From assembly GCA_963676395.1 (NCBI GenBank), contig OY781066.1, positions 1,504,001 through 1,568,000 on the forward strand: a stretch of 64,000 bases of DNA, read 5' to 3'. The position numbers and the translations under genes are program-made. The notes beneath the pieces were generated by a model. The model searched no databases. It saw only the letters and a program-made list of their open reading frames with translations, and was not told the DNA's origin. How positions within the stretch are numbered: position 1 is the stretch's first letter; the number at the start of each line of letters is the position of its first letter. This stretch comes from a bacterium (GTDB lineage Bacteria > Fidelibacterota > Fidelibacteria > Fidelibacterales > Fidelibacteraceae). Of this stretch, positions 47,565 through 57,078 are shown piece by piece.

Positions 47565-48593
47565 CTAGGTACTTATACCTTCGTAAGCATTGAATTCATA
47601 TTCCCGAAACAGCTCTATATCATTCAAAGGGCGATTGGGAATATCCAAACCGAACACTTCGCAAATATTCAAATGTGTTATTCGATCAATGAGTTCTTGA
47701 GATGCACCTTTGTTTTGCAGTTTTCTCAGCAGATTTGCTAAGATAGGAAAACCCGGGATGCCCGATGCATAAGGTGCCCCAAGTTTTTCAGATCTTAAGT
47801 GCGGTGCGTGATCTGTTTCTATCCAATTAATTCGCTCTTCCAGTAACATTTTTATAAGCCTGTCTCTGGATGCTTTTGATCGTAGAGGTGGGTTCATTTT
47901 CAGGAGTAAGCCATCATGCTTATCCATCATGTGATCATATAGTAATAAGTGGTGGGGTGTTACTCCGCAAGTCAATGAGAATTTAACATGTTCTCTTGCT
48001 TTTTCAAGGAGTTCTACGCTTTCGGGTAATGAAATATGCGCAATATGAAGGATACCTCTATACCCCGCACGAGTAGCCAAAGTGATCATTTTTGAGATGG
48101 AGTTGATCTCTGCGATTGGTGGTCTGGCTTCGCAATGTGAGATAGGTCGTTCAGGATTCCATAGCTCCGGAATAAAATCCGATTCTTCTTCGCAATGGAT
48201 GGCTAAAACACCACGATAATCTGCTTCAGCTAGAGTTTTAAATACTAATTTTTGTGATGCGATATCCGGAATGGATAAGTTACCTGTAGATTTGCCGGCA
48301 AAAAGTTTGAGCCCAACGACTTGATCGAATTCCTGCGTGCAAGCAATCGCTTCGGCAATTTGCTCGGGATCTTTGCTAAGACCACAATACAGACCATAAA
48401 AAACCGGCGAATTTGCCCTATCGGCACATTCCAATCGACGTAACACATGTCCTCGTCTCATGATTGGCGGTGAGGTATTGGGCATATCAAAAACACCGGA
48501 AATACCAATGCGTTCGGCCACGGATAAACCATGTCGAATAGTTTCTTTATGTTGCAGTTCTCCGTCGCGGAGATGTACGTGGGGGTCAATCAT
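47565..48593 (-). CDS. pyrC: dihydroorotase
   Basis: DPHVHLR, DMPNT.P, HCE, HIAHIS, KMNPPLR, TDHAPH. Confidence 0.88.
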   Translation of the reverse strand: MIDPHVHLRDGELQHKETIRHGLSVAERIGISGVFDMPNTSPPIMRRGHVLRRLECADRANSPVFYGLYCGLSKDPEQIAEAIACTQEFDQVVGLKLFAGKSTGNLSIPDIASQKLVFKTLAEADYRGVLAIHCEEESDFIPELWNPERPISHCEARPPIAEINSISKMITLATRAGYRGILHIAHISLPESVELLEKAREHVKFSLTCGVTPHHLLLYDHMMDKHDGLLLKMNPPLRSKASRDRLIKMLLEERINWIETDHAPHLRSEKLGAPYASGIPGFPILANLLRKLQNKGASQELIDRITHLNICEVFGLDIPNRPLNDIELFREYEFNAYEGIST

Positions 48594-48641
48594 GTCGGTA
48601 AGCTATAATCGGCAATCCGTAATCTTTTAATGGGTTACTTC

Positions 48642-49712
48642 CTACTTCTTTATTTCTACTGTCCAACCGTATTTATCTTCGAGTTTACCGTATTGAATGC
48701 CTAGAAGTTTATCATACATTTTTTGAGCAAAGGGACCGACTTCTTCATTGTTAATGATGATATCTTTACCTTCGTCATAACCGATACGACCAACAGGAGC
48801 GATCGTAGCAGCAGTGCCGGTGCCAAAGCAGTCTTGTAGTTTTCCGGTTTCAGATGCTTCAATGATCTCTTCCAAAGCGATTCGACGTTCTTCGACTTTC
48901 CAACCCAATTCTTTGGCAAGATGAAGCACGGACTTACGAGTAATTCCTGCAAGAATAGTGCCTTGCTCAAGTGTAGGTGTGACAAGCGTATCATCGATAA
49001 CAAACATCATGTTCATTGTACCGACTTCGTCGACATATTTATGATCTCTGTAATCAAGCCACATGATCTGTTTATAACCTTTTTTCTGAGCATCTTTAGC
49101 GGCATAGAGTGACTGAGCGTAGTTGGCGGCAGCCTTTACATGACCTGTACCACCCAAGGCAGCACGGGTGAATTTTTGCGTTGCATAAATGCTTAACGTT
49201 TTCAAATTCTTGCCATAATAAGCATCCACTGGAGTCATGATCACCGCATAACGATATGTGTCGGAGATCTTTACACCCAAGGCGGGATCCGTGGCAAAAA
49301 TATAGGGACGGATATATAGTGATGAACCCATATGAGAAGGTGTAAAGGCTTGGTCAAGTTCAACGACTTGTATAAGGTCTTCTAAAGTCTTGGCTTCATC
49401 AGGCATTTGGGGGATAGCCATACGTTCTGCGGACATGTTCAAACGACTTATATTATCTTTGGGACGGAAAAGACGGACGATGCCATCTACACCCCGAAAG
49501 GCTTTCATACCTTCGAATATGCTTTGACCGTAATGCAGAGTAATATTAGCCGGAGAAAGAGAAAAGTTCGCATAAGGAACTATCTCGGTTTCTTGCCATG
49601 CGCCGTTGTTGTAATCTTTGATCAACATGTGGTCAGTGTAGTATTTTCCGAAGGTCAGGTTTTGAAAATCTATCTCGGGAAGCTTGCTGACTTTTGCTTT
49701 CGTTACTTTCAT
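48642..49712 (-). CDS. ilvE: branched-chain amino acid aminotransferase
   Basis: LHYGQSIFEGMKA, LYIRP, GTG.VK...NY, E.GTMN, ILAGITR, GTAA. Confidence 0.95.
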   Translation of the reverse strand: MKVTKAKVSKLPEIDFQNLTFGKYYTDHMLIKDYNNGAWQETEIVPYANFSLSPANITLHYGQSIFEGMKAFRGVDGIVRLFRPKDNISRLNMSAERMAIPQMPDEAKTLEDLIQVVELDQAFTPSHMGSSLYIRPYIFATDPALGVKISDTYRYAVIMTPVDAYYGKNLKTLSIYATQKFTRAALGGTGHVKAAANYAQSLYAAKDAQKKGYKQIMWLDYRDHKYVDEVGTMNMMFVIDDTLVTPTLEQGTILAGITRKSVLHLAKELGWKVEERRIALEEIIEASETGKLQDCFGTGTAATIAPVGRIGYDEGKDIIINNEEVGPFAQKMYDKLLGIQYGKLEDKYGWTVEIKK

Positions 49713-49822
49713 GTTACACCTCATATTTGCTTTTTCAGCAAAGTGATCAATTTATTGTAAAATCTTCCTCAGTAGGAGACAATTTAGATTAACTGTTCTC
49801 GATCTTTAATGACTTGGATTAT

Positions 49823-50449
49823 TTACTTAAAGTCGAAGTTGTAGATGCTTTGGAAAACATCTTCACAGTACTTTGGATCCGTCAGGAAATCTTTTCCATC
49901 CGTATGTATGACCAAAACAGGAATCTCCTTGCTCTCAATCAATTCTCCGATCCAACGATCGTAGTAAATATTCAATAAATGTAAATATTCAAGATCAATG
50001 CTCTGCTCATAATCGCGACCGCGTTTTTTAATACGAGAAATGAGTGAATCCGTAGAAGCTTGCAGGTAAACGATTAGATCCGGGGGACGTAGATAGGATG
50101 TCATTTCACCAAAAAGTTCCTGGTAGTTTTCCCAGTCGCGATCATCCATGTTTTTCATATCATGGATAGAACGCGCAAAGATCTTGGCATCTTCATAGAT
50201 GGTACGATCCTGAACAATGGTATTGCTTAGGTTCTGGATCTGTTTTTGTACCTGAAATCGTTTTGATAGAAAATAGATCTGCAGGTTAAAACTCCAGCGT
50301 AGCATATCGCCGTAAAAATCTTTTAAATAGGGGTTGTCGACCACAACTTCATAGTGCGGATCCCAGCCAAATCGTTTGCAAAGCAGATTTGTAAATGTTG
50401 TTTTTCCTACGCCGATATTTCCGGCAATTCCAATAAATCGATGTTTCAT
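49823..50449 (-). CDS. deoxynucleoside kinase
   Basis: GNIGVGKTT, NPYL.DFY.D..RW, DRTIYED, IKKRGR.YE. Confidence 0.93.
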   Translation of the reverse strand: MKHRFIGIAGNIGVGKTTFTNLLCKRFGWDPHYEVVVDNPYLKDFYGDMLRWSFNLQIYFLSKRFQVQKQIQNLSNTIVQDRTIYEDAKIFARSIHDMKNMDDRDWENYQELFGEMTSYLRPPDLIVYLQASTDSLISRIKKRGRDYEQSIDLEYLHLLNIYYDRWIGELIESKEIPVLVIHTDGKDFLTDPKYCEDVFQSIYNFDFK

Positions 50450-50493
50450 ATAAATTATCAAGAGTTAACCGACTAATGTAGGAAAAATTTATT

Positions 50494-50528
50494 AAAGGAA
50501 AAAGTAAAAAGGAAAAGGGAAGAAGTTA
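50494..50528. repeat. degenerate purine-rich heptamer tract
   Basis: AAAGGAA AAAGTAA AAAGGAA AAGGGAA GAAGTTA. Confidence 0.55.
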
Positions 50529-50732
50529 AGTGTCAATTTTTAAGGCATAAGTCGAAGACTCTTTAAAGTCTTAGTATAGTGGGGTGAAGATGAGGGAAAT
50601 GAAAAGTATAAAAGTGTGACCTGGACCACACCTTTATATTTGCAGCAAAATGCGCTCAAATTATTTCATATATTTTAGAAATGATATGAGAAATAATCCT
50701 TTGAACCGGAAGGGAAATTAATTAAAAATAAC

Positions 50733-50759
50733 AAAACCGCCGATTTTTATCGACGGTTT
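50733..50759 (-). terminator. terminator after GltS-like gene
   Basis: AAACCG.CGAT/ATCG.CGGTTT stem. Confidence 0.6.
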
Positions 50760-50782
50760 CAAATATCTTATGTTTTATATGG

Positions 50783-52219
50783 TTATTTGGGGTTTGTCTC
50801 TTGTTTTTTGAACTTAAAGGTTCCCGTTAACCACCAAATTAAGAAAAGAACAACCGTATAGGCTGATAAGATCCCCAGTGTTACCCACCACCCCTTAATG
50901 ATATTATCAGCATAGAACATAGTTGGAAAATTCATGATAATAAGCATAGGTAGAGCAGGACCAATGGTAATAGCCGAACCAACAATATTATCTTCGGCAA
51001 TAGATGTTTTAAAATGAGGGTCCATGACGCGGATAAGTGTTAATGATGAATTAATGGTTCCGGTCATTTCGGCGAAGACCGAGACAAAGCGCTCAAAATG
51101 GTAATCTTTATAAGCCCGGAAGGATGTCCAATAAACCAAAGCCATGGTTCCAATACCACCTAATACGGAGATCAGTAATACCGACAACCAATACTGTGAT
51201 AAAACGGGGATAGAGATAGCTGCGATAGCCGCTACGACGAGATAATCTATCGCGACACCCGAAATACGGTTCATTAGCCCTTCGTCGATCATATAGCTTT
51301 TATTGATCTTATCGAGGAACCAACGAGTCAGGAATGAAAGTAAGATCGCTACGATAAAGTGAAATGACCATAAGGTGTTTGCCAGATCTCCCGGTAAAAT
51401 ACCGGCCAATAATTTTGTAACCCAATATGTTGCAAGGTATACAAGGCCAACCATCGCTAATTGAAAAGACATTGAGTCAATGGCTTCCTGTGCCATGGTC
51501 AGTTTACCGGCATTAGTTTTTTCGTGATGGTCAAGGTGGATGATACCTGTACGAACATCATGAGATACCTCATCCATGCTTTTGATCGTAGTCAAACGAC
51601 GTTTCCTGATACCGTAACGAATCAAGCCGATACCTCCGAAGAAAGCAAAAAGGTAACCGATGGCCGCAAAAGTCAATCCAATTTGTCCACCACCGGGGAA
51701 GCCATATTGTTCCCAACCATGACCAATAGAGTAAGCCAGTCCGGGTCCCATGCCGTATCCCATGGTCAGCAAAACACCGATACCGGGGAATAGCTCAGGT
51801 CGGATCGTATAGATCAATGCAAAGGCAATAAATAGACCGATAGTTGCTTGAGTCATATAACTCAAAATAGAGATCATGGCTTTTGAATACGCATTTTTTC
51901 CCGTTTTGCCGCGACCTTTGCGTAACCCCATAACAACGAATGTGATCGCAAGCAGGTGATAAACATAAATACCCAAACGTGCGCTATCCAAGGGGATAAC
52001 GGCAAAACCCGGTAGCCCAACAGCTCTCCAAATACCCCCTAGGATCTGAGGCCCCAGGATCAAGGCAAGAAAACCGCCGATAATATTATTGGGAATGAGA
52101 AATTTTCTAAACAAAGGAACATAACGTCTTAGTAAAGTTCCTATAACAAGAAACAGACTGAGATATGCCAAATCCAGTACAACTTCTTTAAAATCGAGTG
52201 CAAAATTCCAAGGTGTCAT
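50783..52219 (-). CDS. sodium/glutamate symporter (GltS/ESS-like)
   Basis: IP..IIGG, G.G.GPG, GLTFA.IG, TGT....L.L.R..DP. Confidence 0.8.
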   Translation of the reverse strand: MTPWNFALDFKEVVLDLAYLSLFLVIGTLLRRYVPLFRKFLIPNNIIGGFLALILGPQILGGIWRAVGLPGFAVIPLDSARLGIYVYHLLAITFVVMGLRKGRGKTGKNAYSKAMISILSYMTQATIGLFIAFALIYTIRPELFPGIGVLLTMGYGMGPGLAYSIGHGWEQYGFPGGGQIGLTFAAIGYLFAFFGGIGLIRYGIRKRRLTTIKSMDEVSHDVRTGIIHLDHHEKTNAGKLTMAQEAIDSMSFQLAMVGLVYLATYWVTKLLAGILPGDLANTLWSFHFIVAILLSFLTRWFLDKINKSYMIDEGLMNRISGVAIDYLVVAAIAAISIPVLSQYWLSVLLISVLGGIGTMALVYWTSFRAYKDYHFERFVSVFAEMTGTINSSLTLIRVMDPHFKTSIAEDNIVGSAITIGPALPMLIIMNFPTMFYADNIIKGWWVTLGILSAYTVVLFLIWWLTGTFKFKKQETNPK

Positions 52220-52412
52220 TTAATTTCCTCCTGTGATAAATGACCTGATTATTACTGTGCGACAAAATATATGGGTTTAAAGTAAAAATGTAAAAGTAAA
52301 AAGTAAATGATGCCGTTAAGCAATATTAGAGCTTTTGTTGACTCGTTTGGCAAGGATTTCCCTTTTATTCATCACAATTTCCCCCTAAATTTCCCACTAA
52401 TTAGGAGGTGAA

Positions 52413-53243
52413 ATGAAAAAGAACGTTAAAAATATTGTCAATACGCCTTGGCGGAAAACGGCAACAGCTCTATATAAAAGATCAGTTGATGGACGTGTAT
52501 ACGGTACTTTTGAAGTCCCAATGGATGCCGTTGTAGAATATATTAAAAAGAAGAAAGAAGAAGGTATTCGTATAACGATCACCCAAATTGCCATTGCAGC
52601 TTTGGGTAGAGCAATCGCATTGGATATTCCCGATGTTAATGTTTATGTTAAGCGAGGTAACATTATCGCTAGAGATGATGTGAGTATATATACCACTGTT
52701 ATTAAAGCGGAAAGCAAAGAGATGAGCGGGATCGTTATCGAAGATCTTGAAGATAAAACGATCTTTGATATTAAAAAAGATATGGATGAAAGAGTTGCCA
52801 AATCAAAAAAAAGCTCCCACGAAGAAGGTGTTGGAAATTCCAAAAATGTTTTAGCCTCTATACCATGGCCACTTAGGAACCTTGTTTTAAATATTGTTCG
52901 TTGGTGGCATGTTGAAATGGGTAAGGATTTAAAAGCTTTTAAGCTTACTAAAAAAAGTTTTGGTTCTGTTATGGTTACAAATATCGGTCATCATGATCTT
53001 CAGTTTGGTTTCCCGGCATTAACTCCCATTGCCAATATTCCCGCTGTTATTGCACTTGGAAGAGTACAAGATAAACCCGTTGTTCGTGATGGTAAGATCG
53101 TGATTGGTAAAGTTATGCCGGTAACGGCAACACTTGATCACCGTATTTTTGATGGTTCACAGGGTGGTGTTTTAGCATCAGCCGTTAATCAATATTTGGC
53201 AGATCCCAAATGTCTTGAAACGGCACCTAGAGAAATGATGTAA
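52413..53243 (+). CDS. stand-alone 2-oxoacid dehydrogenase E2-type acyltransferase catalytic domain
   Basis: GS..VTNIG, DKPVV.DG.I, T.DHRIFDG; no lipoyl domain. Confidence 0.85.
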   Translation: MKKNVKNIVNTPWRKTATALYKRSVDGRVYGTFEVPMDAVVEYIKKKKEEGIRITITQIAIAALGRAIALDIPDVNVYVKRGNIIARDDVSIYTTVIKAESKEMSGIVIEDLEDKTIFDIKKDMDERVAKSKKSSHEEGVGNSKNVLASIPWPLRNLVLNIVRWWHVEMGKDLKAFKLTKKSFGSVMVTNIGHHDLQFGFPALTPIANIPAVIALGRVQDKPVVRDGKIVIGKVMPVTATLDHRIFDGSQGGVLASAVNQYLADPKCLETAPREMM

Positions 53244-53279
53244 AAACAATAGATTATTTAGTTTGAAAATGAAATGATA

Positions 53280-53306
53280 TAAGGGGCGGCCATGGCTGTC
53301 CCTTAC
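53280..53306 (-). repeat. GTAG-type REP-like hairpin between convergent genes
   Basis: GTAAGGGACAGCC-AT-GGCCGCCCCTTA. Confidence 0.6.
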
Positions 53307-53310
53307 ATAT

Positions 53311-53700
53311 TTATGTGTTAATTATACTTTTTTCGCTTATAGCTTGAATTACATTAACCAGCAATAAAGCCAATAAAATCCCAACAATATCAGCGACCCA
53401 ATCTGTTATGTCAGAGGTTCTTCCGGGGGAGTATTGTTGAAACCATTCAGATGTGCATGCGTGCAGAAGCGTCATAACAAAAGCTAAAAGTTTATAATAT
53501 TTGGGTGATCCATCAATTTGTTTAAAAGCCAGGATCATAAGAAGCATAAGTAAAAAATATGAGCCAAAATGCCAGACTTTATCAATAGAAAAGATTTTAT
53601 GGGATGGGAAAGCATCTGAAGGCAAGAGTAAGAAAACCATTAAGATGGTTGAAAACACCAGTGTTAGGGTGCCAAAAAATAGAAATCTTCCTGTCTTCAT
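53311..53700 (-). CDS. VanZ family protein
   Basis: DKVWHF..Y, E..Q...PGR....D..AD..G. Confidence 0.88.
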   Translation of the reverse strand: MKTGRFLFFGTLTLVFSTILMVFLLLPSDAFPSHKIFSIDKVWHFGSYFLLMLLMILAFKQIDGSPKYYKLLAFVMTLLHACTSEWFQQYSPGRTSDITDWVADIVGILLALLLVNVIQAISEKSIINT

Positions 53701-55244
53701 TCAAGAACCTCGTCAGTTTTCAATAATATAGGTATTTTTTTAAGAATATCCGAAGCTATCATTGAGCGGTTTCCGAAAGACTCGGCCGCTGCTTGACCGG
53801 CTGTGCCATGGTAGTATGCTGCGAGTAAAACAGCCTCTTCGGGTTTGTGCCCCTGAGCGATAAAAGATGCCATTAAGCCGGCAAGCAGATCACCGCTTCC
53901 TGCGGTGGCCATGCCGGGTGCACCGGTCGGGTGGATGAACACCCGCCCGGAAGGCAGCGCTGTGAGGCTGGTACTTCCTTTGAGGTGAACAATACATCCG
54001 GTTTCAAGCGCATATTCCAACGCGTGCTGAATGGGATCTTCTAATATTTTTTCTGTTGATAAATTTGTTAGGCGGGCAAATTCTCCCGTGTGCGGAGTGA
54101 GAATGATCCCGGAAGAGTTTTTCTTTAAATCCTCTTTTGAAACAAAAAATAATGCGTCGGCATCCAGCACAAGGGGGATATTGATTTTCTCTACCAGCGC
54201 GCGAACCAATTCTCCTGTAGCAGGCATGCGGTTCAGGCCCGGACCCAGTACCATCGCTCCACTTTTTTTCTGTAGGCCCAATATCCCGTCAAGGTCTTCC
54301 GGGATGAGATTATCGGGATTTTTTCCTTCACTGACGATGGCTTCAATAAAGTGTTTTAGGAGTATGGCTTTAACCTTGCCGGGTACATAAGCTTTTAACA
54401 TGCCTGCACCGCCTCGCAGTGCTGCCAGTGACGCCAGCGTCACCGCACCCGGCATGGCGGCCGAGCCGCCTACGCAAAGGACTTGTCCTGCGGAAAACTT
54501 ATGTCCGGTAATCTTTACCGGTTTTAATATTTCTTGGATCAAGTCATGATCGCATAAATATATTTCCGGTTCTGCGAGAGCTAGAGATTCTTGGGGATAG
54601 TCCAGTTCGATCCATTTGGTTTTTCCGCTATATGCTTTTGCTTCTTGTAAAAAATTACCGGATTTATAAAAACCCATTGCCAGGGTTTCATTGGCTTTGA
54701 TCGCAGGTCCTAAGAGTTTTCCGCTATTTCCGCTGATACCGGATGGGATATCCACGGCAATCACATATTGGTCATGTTGATTATCTTTCATGACTGTTAA
54801 GATATCTTTGAATCTACCTTCAATTGGGCGGTCAAGCCCGGTGCCGAAAATTGCATCGATCCAGCAACTATGATCAGATAATTTTGTCCGAAGTTCACAG
54901 GCTTCATTGATAAATTCCGGAGTAATATTATTTTCTACTAATTGATTATAAAAGTATTTTGCATCACCCTTAATCTCTTCAGCCTTCGCGAAGCAGAAAA
55001 GATCAATTTTATCGTAACCCGATGCTTTTAATTCAAGAGCCGCAACATATCCGTCTCCACCGTTATTACCTTTTCCACAGAATATCTGAATATGCTTCAG
55101 ATCATGTTTCTTGCAAGCAATTATGGTTGCATCAGCCACAGCTTTTCCGGCACGATGCATAAGATCGGTACCACTGATAGCTTTTACAATGATCGCATCA
55201 TGATCGATAATCTGTGCTGAGGTGGCGGTGACGATTTTTTTCAT
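53697..55244 (-). CDS. nnr: bifunctional NAD(P)HX epimerase/dehydratase
   Basis: GKGNNGGDG, DAIFGTG, DIPSG, GPGL, LDADAL, LTPH.GE, ATAGSGD. Confidence 0.95.
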   Translation of the reverse strand: MKKIVTATSAQIIDHDAIIVKAISGTDLMHRAGKAVADATIIACKKHDLKHIQIFCGKGNNGGDGYVAALELKASGYDKIDLFCFAKAEEIKGDAKYFYNQLVENNITPEFINEACELRTKLSDHSCWIDAIFGTGLDRPIEGRFKDILTVMKDNQHDQYVIAVDIPSGISGNSGKLLGPAIKANETLAMGFYKSGNFLQEAKAYSGKTKWIELDYPQESLALAEPEIYLCDHDLIQEILKPVKITGHKFSAGQVLCVGGSAAMPGAVTLASLAALRGGAGMLKAYVPGKVKAILLKHFIEAIVSEGKNPDNLIPEDLDGILGLQKKSGAMVLGPGLNRMPATGELVRALVEKINIPLVLDADALFFVSKEDLKKNSSGIILTPHTGEFARLTNLSTEKILEDPIQHALEYALETGCIVHLKGSTSLTALPSGRVFIHPTGAPGMATAGSGDLLAGLMASFIAQGHKPEEAVLLAAYYHGTAGQAAAESFGNRSMIASDILKKIPILLKTDEVLE

Positions 55245-55927
55245 TCTTGTGCCCCTAATTCATCGACAAAGCCCAGGATATCTCCAAATGAGCTAGCCTC
55301 AAAATCCCCACCGTGATTTTGGGTTTCAAGAATATCTCCGTATCGGGCAAATACGGTTTTCATGCCGATGTTTTTTGCTCCAATCATGTCTCGCTCCGCC
55401 CAATCTCCAACCATAATACTTTCTTCGGGATTTACATTTAGCTTGTCTAAAGCAAGACGAAATGGTTTAGGAGAAGGTTTGAATTCACCGGTATCCGAAT
55501 GGGTTACAACCACATCGAAAAGATGATGAAAGTTAAGTTTATATAATCGCAACCAAGCTTCTCGACCGGGAGCGTCTGAGACGACGGCTAATTTAACCCC
55601 TCGTTTTATCAGGGCGATCAAGGTAGCGTAAACACCGGGATAAGGAACAAGTGCCGCTTCGCGAGCAATCTTATAAGCTGTAATGGCTGCTGCGAGATAT
55701 TTATAATTTAGTTCACCGGTGATCTCTTCTATTACATCGTTGAATACTGTTTGATATTCCCACCCTTTGTCTTCGTAGATCTCAAAAATGCGATTATATA
55801 CAAAGTTTTCGTCGGCTTCTAAACCGGCTTCGAGCATGCCTTTTACCGCTCCCCGAATGGCTTCTTTTTTTAATCTGGAAAAGTCAACCAGCGTGTTGTC
55901 TAAGTCGAATATTACTGCTTTTATCAT
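55241..55927 (-). CDS. HAD-superfamily hydrolase
   Basis: FDLDNTL, KP, VGD....D..GA. Confidence 0.92.
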   Translation of the reverse strand: MIKAVIFDLDNTLVDFSRLKKEAIRGAVKGMLEAGLEADENFVYNRIFEIYEDKGWEYQTVFNDVIEEITGELNYKYLAAAITAYKIAREAALVPYPGVYATLIALIKRGVKLAVVSDAPGREAWLRLYKLNFHHLFDVVVTHSDTGEFKPSPKPFRLALDKLNVNPEESIMVGDWAERDMIGAKNIGMKTVFARYGDILETQNHGGDFEASSFGDILGFVDELGAQE

Positions 55928-55932
55928 CTTAA

Positions 55933-55961
55933 AATATACAGAAGCCTTTTACAAGAGACAA
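55933..55961 (-). promoter_or_regulatory. sigma70-like promoter, leaderless start
   Basis: TTGTCT-N17-TATATT-N5-ATG. Confidence 0.5.
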
Positions 55962-56551
55962 ACTCTAAGAGACAAAATTCAATATCTAATCATCAATAAG
56001 TGGATCGTGCTAAATAAAATATTTTATGCTTCTATGAGAGGTAAAAAAATCTTCACATGCGTAAAAAAATCCTTATATTGTCATTAAGATAGAAAAAACA
56101 GGAGAAGCTATTGAAAAATCCTGTATTAAATAAACGTATCATTACACTTAATCCTAAAAAAATATTTTATGTTAAATAATGTTCAATCATATAGTTGATG
56201 TGTTTTGTCACAAAAAATTAAAATAGTAGGGGTTTGCGATAAAAAAAACAATATGCTTATTATTTGCCCGGACAACTTCTAAAGTACGATCATTGACAGA
56301 AAACAGTAACACAGAGGTACAAATTGTTATAGCCTCACGATATTATTATGGTTATGATGGTCTTAGTAAAGATCTATATCAATTCATATGCCGGTTTAAA
56401 AAAGCAGACGCTATAGAGTGGGATTGGTTAAATCGGTTTTGCTAAAACAATTGATCATTTGATTGTGATTGATGTAATAAAAATTAAAATATTCATAGAA
56501 TGTGATATATTTATAAGATAATTAAAAGTAACAATAAAAAGGAGATATAAC

Positions 56552-57016
56552 ATGAAAACAAAATACTTAATTGCAGTGATTGTCATTTTAATGATGTCGG
56601 TATCAGCATATGCACATTGTGAAGTACCTTGCGGTATATATGGTGATAAGGCTCGTGTAGATCTTATTCGTGAACATGTCACGACGATTGAGAAATCCAT
56701 GGATATGATCGAAAAACTTTCGGCTGAAGAAAGTATCAATTATAACCAGTTGGTACGCTGGATCAATAATAAAGAAGAACACGCAATTAAAATACAGGAT
56801 ATTGTCACTCAATATTTTATGTTTCAAAGAGTAAAACCCGTAAATGAAGGTAACAAGAAGGCGCAAAAGAAATACAGTGCCGAATTGGAGGCCTTGCATA
56901 GAATTGCGGTGTCGGCAATGAAAGCAAAGCAAGGAACGGATAAGAGTCATACTCAAAGAATATTAACAAATCTTCATGAATTTGAGCATCTTTATTTTGA
57001 GGAACATGAACATTAG
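56552..57016 (+). CDS. sodN: nickel superoxide dismutase with Sec-type signal peptide
   Basis: Ni-hook HCEVPCGIY directly after AYA; NQ..RW...KEEHA. Confidence 0.92.
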   Translation: MKTKYLIAVIVILMMSVSAYAHCEVPCGIYGDKARVDLIREHVTTIEKSMDMIEKLSAEESINYNQLVRWINNKEEHAIKIQDIVTQYFMFQRVKPVNEGNKKAQKKYSAELEALHRIAVSAMKAKQGTDKSHTQRILTNLHEFEHLYFEEHEH

Positions 57017-57035
57017 AATAAAACATTAACAAAGT

Positions 57036-57061
57036 AAAAAAGGCTCCTATTGGAGCCTTTT
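57036..57061. terminator. bidirectional terminator
   Basis: A-run-GGCTCC-TATT-GGAGCC-T-run between convergent genes. Confidence 0.75.
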
Positions 57062-57078
57062 ACTTTATGTCAATCTTT

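Noticed and set aside
55962..56551. Hidden gene or nickel operator in long spacer before sodN
   Set aside because: Only short AT-rich frames and no convincing dyad.
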